This document shows positions 52,144 to 62,078 of a stretch of DNA of 64,000 bases, piece after piece (the first letter of the stretch is position 1; each line of letters starts with the position of its first letter). A model generated the notes under the pieces. That model was not told where the DNA came from. It was given only the letters and a program-made list of their open reading frames with translations, and did no database searches. Position numbers and translations under genes: made by a program. The stretch is from Eledone cirrhosa (lineage: Eukaryota), in assembly GCA_964016885.1 (NCBI GenBank), contig OZ024743.1:282410001-282474000 (forward strand), read 5' to 3'.

Positions 52144-54378
52144 TTGTGTAAATTAGTAGATATTTTACTCAACGCCTACGACAGTAAAGAAGAACAGATA
52201 GAGACATTTAATGTAGAAGAGAACTGGGAGTTCCTAAAAAATAATTTACTAGAGGCGACGGATGAGGTCTGTGGCTGGAGTAAGACCTCAAGCAGGAGGA
52301 GACTGACTTGGTGGTGGAACAATAAGGTAGATGAAGCAGTTAAGACCAAGAGACAGGCATGGAAAGAATGGAAGAACGGGGGGAGCAGGGTACATTACAT
52401 AGAGACCAAGAGGGAAGCTAGGCGACAAGTATACTTAGCTAGGAGGGTAGCAGAGGATAGAAAATTCAAGCATGTCTTGCAACGTGAGGACCAGAAACAG
52501 GAGGTATTCAAGATTGCGAGGCAGTGTGTCAGAGATAGTTGTGATGTCATTGGAGAGAAGTGTATCCGGAATGATAAAGGTGAGCTTGCCCTCACAAGTG
52601 CTGAGAAGAAAGATGCATGGAAGAGTCATTATGATAGATTACTAAATGAGGAGAATGCATGGGAAGAAGAGACCCTACCCCAAGTAGACCCTATAGAGGG
52701 ACCAGCAGTACAAGTCAGCAGCAGCGTAGTAAGTAAGGCAATCAAAGATATGAAGATGGGGAAGGCAACCGGTCCATCGGGTATAGTTGCCGAGATGCTG
52801 AAGGCATCTGGGTCTGTAGGTCACACTATAACCACACGTATCGTTAACCAGGTAATACTAGAAGGTGCCATACCAAAAGATTGGTGCAGTAGCATCATTG
52901 TCAACTGCTACAAAGGTAAAGGCGATGCACTAGATAGAGGAAACTATAGAGGTATAAAGTTGATGGACCAGGTCATGAAAGTAACAGAAAGAGTTATAGC
53001 ACAGCTGATTAGGGACCGGGTGAAAATAGACGAGATGCAATTTGGGTTTGTACCAGGGAGAGGCACCACTGATGCCCTCTTCCTTGTGAGGCAATTACAG
53101 GAAAAGTACCTAGCTAAAAGTAAGCCACTCTACTTGGCATTTGTCGACCTTGAGAAAGCCTTTGACAGAGTTCCACGTTCTGTAATCTGGTGGGCTCTTA
53201 GAAAACTAGGAGTAGATGAATGGCTTGTGAAAGCGGTACAAACCATGTATAGGGGAGCAGTCAGCAAAGTTAGGATTAGCAATGAGTATAGCGAGGAATT
53301 TAGCGTACAAGTTGGGGTCCACCAGGGCTCTGTTCTTAGCCCTCTCCTGTTCATCATAGTCCTGCAGGCAATAACGGAGGAGTTTAAGACCGGATGCCCA
53401 TGGGAACTCCTGTATGCTGATGACCTCGCACTCATAGCTGAATCTATGGTAGAACTAGAGAATAAATTCCAAACTTGGAAGCAGGGACTAGAAAGAAAGG
53501 GTCTCAAAGTCAACATGACAAAGACTAAGGTCCTTGTAAGTAGACGAGAAAACAGAACCCAGATCCCCTCAGGGAAATGGCCTTGCTCAGTATGTAGGAA
53601 AGGTGTAGGTAGGAACTCCATTCTCTGCCCCAAATGCAAACAATGGGTACACAAGAGATGTAGCGGGATCTCAAGAAGCTTAATTAAGAATGTAGGATTC
53701 ACATGCAGCAGCTGTGCTGATACAGCAAGCAGCAAACAGCCACAGGAAACAAGTACCACCAATCTCTGGGAGGGCCCTGTAGAAACAGTAGACAGCTTCT
53801 TCTACCTAGGTGACCGAATTAGCAGCGGAGGTGGGTGTTCAGAAAGTACAATAACTAGGGTAAGAACGGGATGGAAGAAGTTTAGGGAACTACTACCACT
53901 GCTAGCTGCAAAAGGCTTCTCCCTCAGAATGAAAGGCAGACTGTATGATGCGTGTATCCGAACAGCGATGTTGCATGGTAGTGAGACCTGGGCGCTGCAG
54001 GTGGAAGACTTACGTAGATTAGAGAGAAACGAAGCCTGCATGCTCCGATGGATGTGTAACAGTAATATACGTGAACGACAAAGCATAAATGAATTGAGAG
54101 AGAGACTGAGCATAAGAGGAATCAAATGCTGTGTGCAGGAGAGGCGGTTGCGCTGGTATGGACATGTGATGCGTATGAAGGATGACAGCTGCATAAAAAG
54201 GTGCAGAGCACTAGAAGTTGATGGAAACCGCGGAGTGGGGAGACCCAAGATGACCTGGGATGAGGTGATAAAAGCCGACCTTACCCAATTACACCTCTCA
54301 AAGTCAATGACACACGACCGTGACTTCTGGCGTCACGCAGTAATACACAGTACCCGACTTCCCATGGGTACAAGCTGA
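52144..54378 (+). CDS. RTE/RTEX-type LINE reverse transcriptase, 5'-truncated but stop-free reading frame
   Basis: 744 open codons with KATGPSG, NYRGIKL, QFGFVPGRGTTDA, FVDLEKAFDRV, GVHQGSVLSPLLF, LLYADD, FFYLG, a Cys/His finger (CSVC...CPKCKQWVHKRC...CSSC) and C-terminal GRPKMTW. No APE domain and no true ATG (track start is TTG near the insertion junction). Confidence 0.93.
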   Translation: MCKLVDILLNAYDSKEEQIETFNVEENWEFLKNNLLEATDEVCGWSKTSSRRRLTWWWNNKVDEAVKTKRQAWKEWKNGGSRVHYIETKREARRQVYLARRVAEDRKFKHVLQREDQKQEVFKIARQCVRDSCDVIGEKCIRNDKGELALTSAEKKDAWKSHYDRLLNEENAWEEETLPQVDPIEGPAVQVSSSVVSKAIKDMKMGKATGPSGIVAEMLKASGSVGHTITTRIVNQVILEGAIPKDWCSSIIVNCYKGKGDALDRGNYRGIKLMDQVMKVTERVIAQLIRDRVKIDEMQFGFVPGRGTTDALFLVRQLQEKYLAKSKPLYLAFVDLEKAFDRVPRSVIWWALRKLGVDEWLVKAVQTMYRGAVSKVRISNEYSEEFSVQVGVHQGSVLSPLLFIIVLQAITEEFKTGCPWELLYADDLALIAESMVELENKFQTWKQGLERKGLKVNMTKTKVLVSRRENRTQIPSGKWPCSVCRKGVGRNSILCPKCKQWVHKRCSGISRSLIKNVGFTCSSCADTASSKQPQETSTTNLWEGPVETVDSFFYLGDRISSGGGCSESTITRVRTGWKKFRELLPLLAAKGFSLRMKGRLYDACIRTAMLHGSETWALQVEDLRRLERNEACMLRWMCNSNIRERQSINELRERLSIRGIKCCVQERRLRWYGHVMRMKDDSCIKRCRALEVDGNRGVGRPKMTWDEVIKADLTQLHLSKSMTHDRDFWRHAVIHSTRLPMGTS

Positions 54379-54680
54379 AGCATATAGACAATATGCCCCC
54401 ACACCCCCCACCGCAAGGTGGTCGTGGAGGTGCCACGGCAAAAAAGCACCCAGCCCACACTGTAAAGTGGACGTGTAGGCGCCACGAAAAAGCACCCAGC
54501 ACTCACTGTAAATGAGGTTGGTGTTAGGAAGGGCATCCAGCTGTAGAAATCAAGCCAAATCAGTTCCTGTATGAGCAAGGCATGGTCAGCCGACCAGACA
54601 CTGCCCACAACAGGACAACCCGTCTAACCCATGCTAGCGTGGAAGAACGGACGTAAAACGGTGATGATGATGATGATGAT
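52158..54680 (+). mobile_element. Young 5'-truncated RTE-type LINE insertion with 3' UTR and (GAT)n tail
   Basis: Sharp compositional shift at ~52160; RT ORF; ~280-bp 3' UTR; (GAT)n tail ending at 54680. No convincing TSD found. Confidence 0.9.
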
Positions 54681-55269
54681 TTTTCTTTCGTGGAGGGATG
54701 ACATAGTTTTTTGAGAAAATTTTAAAAAATGTAAAAGTGAAATTTTATTTTAGATTCTGTACTTTCATGTACATTTTTGTGAAGCTCAGTTTGAACCATC
54801 TTCTGAATGGTTTAGATTTAACAGTTCTGAGTGAATTAACATTCCCAGACAAACCGATTGTTAGCTTTCATTTAAAGTAAATTATCAAAAATATAGTTAA
54901 CCCATATGATTATATTTATTTTAAATATTTATAAACATGGACATGGCTGGGTACAACTGTGAGTATTTCATATTCTCAAATCATTATTTAACCACCCTGT
55001 TTATGAAGTTACAGCCAACTGGTGATCTTTAAACAGAATCTTAATTAGTTTAATTAATAATATAACACTAGATGATTAAACATTAGTTATATTTCATTGT
55101 TTATGTGTTGGTCTTATGATTGGTAGGTCTTATATTCAAACTTTGCTAGTCACTGTGTTGTTGTTGAGCTCCATGTCAACCCTGATCAAGTAGGTTTATG
55201 ATCAAAGGCATTCCAGCCATAACTACCTTGTCCTTTTTGCATATCTGTCTTTTCATTGTCCAATGCTTC

Positions 55270-55304
<35 letters not shown>

Positions 55305-55306
<2 letters not shown>

Positions 55307-55527
55307 CGAAGGAGATGAGGTAAGGAACCAGATGAACCATAATGCACCAGAGTACTCAATACTTGGGGTAGTAGAGTGGATTAATAGGAAAATGTTAGAC
55401 CCCGACGGCAGACTTCAAGCCGTTTCGACGGCAATTTCTGGACTATTTATTTACCACGCTAAAAATTCTAATTTAGTCCAGAAATAGCTGTCGAAACGGT
55501 TTGAGCTCTGCCGTCGGGTTCTAACAT

Positions 55528-55531
<4 letters not shown>
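55305..55531. repeat. Fold-back element (first module of the 13.3-kb element) inside (TA)n
   Basis: 58-bp arms 55388-55445 / 55474-55531 with about 6 mismatches; leader ACCATAA.GCACCAGAGTACTCAATA.TT.GGGTAGTAGAGTGG shared with ~13275-13320. Confidence 0.85.
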
Positions 55532-55586
<55 letters not shown>

Positions 55587-57618
55587 AGATAGTAGTATAT
55601 GATTTGAGGACAACTTGTCTGCTATTTATAGCAGATCAAACATAGAGGTTCTCTCATTAGCATATCAACCATTGTGTTGTAATTCTTGGATAAGAAGGCA
55701 CATTTCATGGTTTGTTTTATCTGCTTAACTGAACAAAAATCAACAATTCTTAATAGTTTAGCTCCTTCTGCTGAGTTGTAAAAACTCTTGTATCAACAGT
55801 TTGTAAATATTTTTAAAAGATGAATTTAAAAAATGTGAATATCTAAGATTCTTTGATGAGAGAATTCATACCAGGAACTCTAAGATTCTAATTTGCTATC
55901 TATATGTATTGTGTTAATATATTATCTTATCATTGAAAGAATATGTATTAATCAAATTATCTTATCTAATGTGTGTGTGTGTGTATACATCAAAAAGATA
56001 GTAAATTGGTCGAGTCATTAGAGTAACAAGTTAAATGCCATGCAGTTCCAGCTCTCTATTATCTGCGTTCGAATCCCACTGAGATCAACTTTACTCTTCA
56101 TCCTTTCAAGCTGGATAAATAAAATATCTGTCCAGGTCAATGACTTGGCATTTCATAGGATGCCTTGCAATATGAGTTCTGGCTCTGTGTGCTTTCAGTT
56201 CAAATCATCCCTCCTGTTAATGAAAAATTTGTGACAAGTGGATTTCTATCATTAAAATACTCAGAAAGTTTCCTATAAGATGCAACCTTATAGGAAGCCT
56301 GCTAAATCTACAACATATAACATTTTCAAAAGCTTTTGATATATATCTCATGAGCCTATTTAGAAGAATATGGTAAAATGGTATCGAAACCAATTGAACA
56401 TTGTTTTAAATATAAAAACAAAAGTCTTTGATATTAATTTTTCACTATAATTCACACATGCACATGTATACACAATCTTTAATTTAGAGATAAAGTAAGT
56501 TTCTTAATTGTAAACATTCCGTTTTGTTGGATTGTCCTGGTTTGGCTGCTTGGGTTTGGGTACTTTTAATGGAATCCAATCTGTTGCAAGTGTTCAGCCC
56601 AGGTCTTTGGTTTGAAGATAATAATCCACAACTCTCAGACGGCCATGAAAAGGGTAATGAGCACTGCTTCTGCTTCTGACAAAGCCATTAAGCGAGAAAT
56701 GAATTGAAAAATGTTCCATGTTTAATTCCTAACATCCTGTAATAATTTAGCATAAAATATATTTGTTAATTCAACTGTTTATAGTATCTTTACATGTAGA
56801 CAAATTGTTGTGAAAATTATCCATAAACTAAAGTAAAGACTTAAATTTGTAAGGTGATACAGATATAGTGATGTTTTGTATTTTTCAAGAATGTCTTCTT
56901 AATGTGGTTTCATGCAGCACAGGATGTTAAAAGTTAAACTATTTTTCTTCAGTTGTGTTAGCGACTCTCTTGAGTATATAGATATGGTCTGCTATTCCAG
57001 CTAATGGCTTTTCTCAAATGGGCCACAAAAACCATATTTAATATCTCTTATTATTTAATTTACTATATGCTTTTTGATTAGTATCTTATTGGAAGTTGCA
57101 ATTATTCAGCTATTCAGCCCTGTTTCTTCTCTCAGATCTGCATGCCAATGTAACTCTGTTAGAGTCTGGTTTGTTTATTGATTTTGAAAATTGGTTCTCT
57201 AGTAGAGTTTATCATCTCAGTAATGCGTTTTGTATTTCTTTTACAGTTAATAATGTCAGTAATTTCTGTCGTGTTGTTTGTGCTTTCTTGACTATGTGTA
57301 GATAATATTCCTCTTTCTATTGGACATTTATATTTCTGTATTCATATAGCCCCTCTCTCCCTATTTTCCTACCATTTAAATATCTTAGTCAACCGTGGAT
57401 TCTTTATTAGCCTTTTCTAACTGTATAGGCAAGACATTTGCTTCCATTTTGTTAAGGTATGTATGAGCAAAAGTGAGTGAAAATCACCTTTGGGTATTCC
57501 ACATTTGCTTCATGCATGTGATGCAGTTATGGATTAAATGCATGAGTGATCATTATATTCATCATCTGTAGTGAACCAATCTACTTTGTGTACCTGAATG
57601 GTTTTAAACCTAGTCTTT

Positions 57619-57654
<36 letters not shown>

Positions 57655-57809
57655 CCATTCCATTATTTTATACTAACATCATTATGATGGTTGAAATAAA
57701 TAGTAAATGTAAAGTTGCCCAAATGTAAATACTGTCTGTAGTAAGAATATTTTAGCTTTTTGTTTACAAATTGCAAAATAAAATAAAATAAAATAAAATA
57801 AAGTAAATA

Positions 57810-58290
57810 ATTCTTCTCTTCTTTTTCTTCACCCACTTATTCTTGAGAGGATTATTGGGGCAGACTCCTCAAATAGTCTTTCCAGTGGGTCCTATCAGAA
57901 GCAGCCATTGCCAACTCATCCGACTGGATCCCCAAACGAGGCCAGTCGAGTCCATGGATGTTATCCAACCATCTTGCTCGGATTTTGATTTAGCACCATT
58001 TATCCAAACAAATAAATACTCAGGCATTCATATAGAGACATCAGGGCTACAAGAAGCTGACCATTGATCCCATACTCCTGCAGAACCTTCCACAGCAGGT
58101 CCTGTGGAACGTGTCATATGCCTTTTCGAGGTCTACAAAGCAAGAATATACCTCTTGGCAGTGCTCCCACTATTTCTCAAAGGCCTGCCGCAGTGTGAAT
58201 AGTTGGTTGACTGTGTTGTGTCCGGGTTGAAAACCACACTGTTCATCAGGTAGCTTGGACTCGACAATCTCCCTGCTTTTCTTTGCCAAA
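57810..58290 (-). mobile_element. Internally deleted RTE LINE of the same family as 18470-20990
   Basis: Minus strand encodes TLRQAFEK*WEHCQEVYSCFVDLEKAYD and shares GGTCAGCTTCTTGT.GCCCTGATGTCTCTATATGAATG with ~20098-20136, then jumps to the 3' segment AGATGGTT.GATAACATCCATG shared with ~20911-20933. Confidence 0.8.
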
Positions 58291-58609
58291 CACTTAGCAT
58301 AGACTTAACTAAATAAATAATTGCCCTTGTGATATATTAATGATCACTGCAGGTATTGAAATAATGATTACGTGTCTATCACACACAGGTATTGAAATAA
58401 AGATAACTTGTCTATCACACATAGTGTTTAGTCAGATGAGTGCAAAATAAATCTAGGAATATAAACACATTTCTCTGTTTATTGCTTCCTGTAATGATAT
58501 CTGCAGTCTGCTCGTTTACTACTAGTCATTTATATAGCTATTTTTATATATATAGCATAAAGTGTGTGTGTGTGGGGAGGGGGGGATACTACTATCCAAA
58601 GAAAATATG

Positions 58610-58647
<38 letters not shown>

Positions 58648-58659
58648 ATAATAATAATA

Positions 58660-59283
58660 ATAATTGTTTCTACGTTAGGCACAAGGCCAGCAATTACCCA
58701 GTGCATTACTGGTACTTTATTTTATCGACCCCGTAAGGATGAAAGGCAAAGTCAACCTCGGCGGGATTTGAACACAGATCGTAAAGGGACGTAACTATGC
58801 TGGAAATAATAAAATAATAATAATAATGATTCCTTTATTAACCACAAAGGGTTTACATCAAGAAAAACATTGACAGTACAGGACGAAAACATAGTGTGGG
58901 TATATGTGTGTGAGGGTTTTATGTGTAAACAAATTTTAACAATGTTAAAAAAAATGATAATAATAATTGTTTCTACTATAGGCACAAGGTCAGCAATTTG
59001 AGGGGAGGGGAAAGTCGACCTCAATGCATTACTGGTGCTTTATTTTATCGACCCTGTAAGGATGAAAAACAAAGCTAACCTCGGCGAATAATAATTGTTT
59101 CTACTTTTGGCACAAGGCCAGCAATTATCCCAGTGTATTACTGGTACTTTATTTTATCGACCCCATAAGGATGAAAGGCAAAGTTAACCTCGGCGCAATT
59201 TGAACTCAGACCATAAAGGGCCGTAGCTCTTTGCTACAAAGCATGGCATCCGGCCCTCTACCAATACTGCCAATCCACCTCCT
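58660..59283 (-). mobile_element. Three SINE family A copies (58660-58806, 58962-59087, 59090-59283)
   Basis: Reverse-complement tail/core/B-box sequences, each associated with (AAT)n; the last two are head-to-tail. Confidence 0.85.
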
Positions 59284-59309
59284 TGAATAATAAAAAAAAT
59301 AATAATAGC

Positions 59310-59860
59310 AACAACCAAATGTAGAAATCTGGAAGTAAAGATAATCTGAATGTGGATGATGAAAACAAACAATTTCTATAATAATGATAACAACAATAAT
59401 AATAATAATAGGTGCCATGGGAATGTTAAAAGAATCACATGTACACACTCACAGGCAAATACATAAGCTAAATCCCAAGACTTAGAAATAGTACAACATA
59501 CAGAAAATAGCACAACCAGGCACTGTGTACATATATTATATGGAGTACTTTCATACAACAGAAACAACAACACCCAAATACAATACTAACCATATCCAAG
59601 GCACACAGTGCCGCATTCGGTAATATAGTGTGAGCATGCAATAAAAATAAGACTACTAAATGAATATCAAGAATGCGGGAGATGCCTAGTAGCAAAAGTG
59701 GAAGTCATACCAGTGATCATCAGAGTATTAGGTTTAATCTTGAAAATGTCCTCACAACTTCCTGAAAGGTTTGAACATTCATGCAAGTGCTCCCAAAATC
59801 TTCCACTTTATCCAGTATGTTAGGTTCATATTGTGCAATGGATTAATAATAATAATAATA
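59310..59860 (+). mobile_element. Possible R4/Dong-like (restriction-like endonuclease) LINE 3' remnant
   Basis: Broken motifs TKCR, HNQ, ISRMREM and KVEVIPVIIRVLGLI (cf. VIPVVIGALG of RLE-type elements), ending in (AAT)n. Heavily decayed. Confidence 0.45.
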
Positions 59861-60017
59861 ATAATTATTATTATTATGTCATGGTTAGCTTTCCTAAGTC
59901 TATAAATAAAGTACCAGTAATGCACGCACACACTGAGGTTGATTTAATTGACCCCCCCCCCCCCCCCAAAAAAAAATCTTGGCTTTGTGCCTTAATCAGA
60001 AACCATTATATGGGACT

Positions 60018-60200
60018 TGGATTGGCAGTATCAGTAGAGGATTGGACGCCATGCTTTCCAGCATAGTTACGTCCCTTTACGATCTGAGTTCAAATCCCGC
60101 CGAGGTTGACTTTGCCTTTCATCCTTACGGGGTCGATAAAATAAAGTACCAGTAATGCACTGGGTAATTGCTGGCCTTGTGCCTAAAGTAGAAACAATTA
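60018..60200 (+). mobile_element. SINE family A with 13-bp target-site duplication
   Basis: ATTATATGGGACT at 60005-60017 and 60197-60209 flanks the copy, which sits in the tail of an older SINE (~59885-60010). Confidence 0.92.
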
Positions 60201-60397
60201 TATGGGACTGCGGTCTCTGTTATTAAAACATGTAAAATGCCTCCTATGAAGGATTTAACAGGTACATTATTTTATTGATTTACAGAAGGATGAAAAGCAA
60301 AGTTGACCTCAGCAGGATTTGAACTCAGAATATAAATAATAAATATTGCAATGGCAATTTATCTGATACTTTATCAGTGTTGTCAATCCATCTTCTT

Positions 60398-60609
60398 AAT
60401 AATTGTTTCTACTTTTGGTATAAAGCCAGAAATTTGAAGGGGAAAAAGAAAGTCGATTAAATTGACTTCCAGTGTATTACTGGTGCTTTATTTTATTGAA
60501 TCCATAGGGATGAAAGGCAAAGCTAACTTCAGCGGGATTTAAACTCAGAACGTAAATGCCTTAAAGCATTTTGTCTGATACACTAATGATTCAGCCAATC
60601 TGCCGCCCT
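60398..60609 (-). mobile_element. SINE family A, long form, older copy
   Basis: Reverse-complement tail, core, B box and head ending CCAATCTGCCGCCC. Confidence 0.75.
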
Positions 60610-61466
60610 TAATGATACTAGCAACAACAACAGTTAACAGAATTTGTAAAATAAGATAGGATTACATGCCATGAAGAGAAGTAGGTTCTATTATTTCAGG
60701 CAGGACTATTCTTTGAAAAAATGGGAAGGGCCTCTGTCCATCTGAAACCTCAGAATTCATTTTTCCTCATGGCATACTTTATTAATTATGTAGATTGGAG
60801 AAAAATAATTCCAGTACTACAATAATCAATAGTTAAAAAATTATCTTTTAAAGTGAAACTGTCAATAATTTAGTTAATTTATTTATATAAAGATGGAACA
60901 GTGATGAAAAACACTTATAATTAACTAAGTGAAATATCATCATCATCATTTCATGTCTATTTCCATGCTTGCATGGGTTAGAAGGGTTATTACATTTTGA
61001 GGCTAGACTGTCTTGCACATATGTTTTGTTTTTTTTGTTTTTGTTTCTACGGCTGCATGCCTTTCCTAATACCATCAATGAAATTATTGTTGTTGTAATA
61101 TATAGTATACATAGGTTGTGTGTGTGTGTTAAAATTGATCATTTGGTTCACATAAAGCTTCATAAATTATTTATGAACATGTTTACATATTACATATTGT
61201 TATTTAGAGACTATAAACAACATTCATTATTCTTATTTTATTTTGCTAAATTGTTTAATGGAAAATTTTTTTTCTTTTGCTTTACTCTACTTTAGACATT
61301 TTATTAGAAAATTATAAAAAAATATGTTGTTTACAGTTGATAGAAATAGGTTGTTTACATTTGATAAGACATTTTTTTTTAACTAACAGCCAACAATACA
61401 TACAAGCATGCAGATAAATGACAGAATACACTCTAAAGAATAAATACTTATATATTTTATTTTATA

Positions 61467-62078
61467 CGAGCTAAGGTACCCGGCTTCGTCCGGGAGAACA
61501 GTTAAGAGAAGACGGATAAAAGAGAAAATGACTGTATTGGATGTGTTGTCTGGTATGAGGTGAGACTGTAATGTGTGTGTATGTGAGAGAGAGAGACATA
61601 AAAAAAAAACAATCATAAAACTTCCTTATTAGGCTGGGGGAGTAAACTGCTGATTAAATGGTAGCATTGGCCTTGGATTTTTAATATTTTGAAATAACTA
61701 TAGTCAGTATGATCTTTTTCGGCTCGAAAGGATGTCATCTGAAACACAGCAATATACCGCATAACATTACTTCTGAAGTGTTGCTTCGTTAGTATATGGA
61801 TAAAAGCTGGATGGTAGATTAATTTCAAATAGTATCAATTGTTCTTTTTTCTGTAAAATCAAAGACTGTAAAACGACTTTATAAAAGCTAATGCAATATT
61901 GTTAAACCTTCAACTCTCTCTCTGAATATCTAACACTTTAATTGTATCTCTCTCTGTATAGCGGCCTATCTCTCTTTTCTGCCTCTCCTTCTTTAGATGC
62001 GTGTGTCTGTAGTTTTTGTGTGATTCAACCAACCAACCAACCAACCAATAAACATCTTTCTTTTATATTATATATAGA
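61467..62078 (-). mobile_element. Non-autonomous Helitron, ~612 bp
   Basis: Minus strand starts A|TCTATATATAATATAAAAG at 62078 followed by a (GTTG)n microsatellite; ends with hairpin CCCGGACGAAGCCGGG, 8-nt spacer and CTCG|T (CTAG with one change) at 61467. Confidence 0.8.

Noticed and set aside
53130-54248. 210-aa and 148-aa minus-strand ORFs
   Set aside because: Antisense shadows of the RTE RT frame with no independent motifs. The same applies to plus-strand ORFs over the Helitron RepHel (25028-27117).
52140-54700. Target-site duplication for the young RTE
   Set aside because: No convincing direct repeat at the two junctions; the exact 5' boundary is uncertain.
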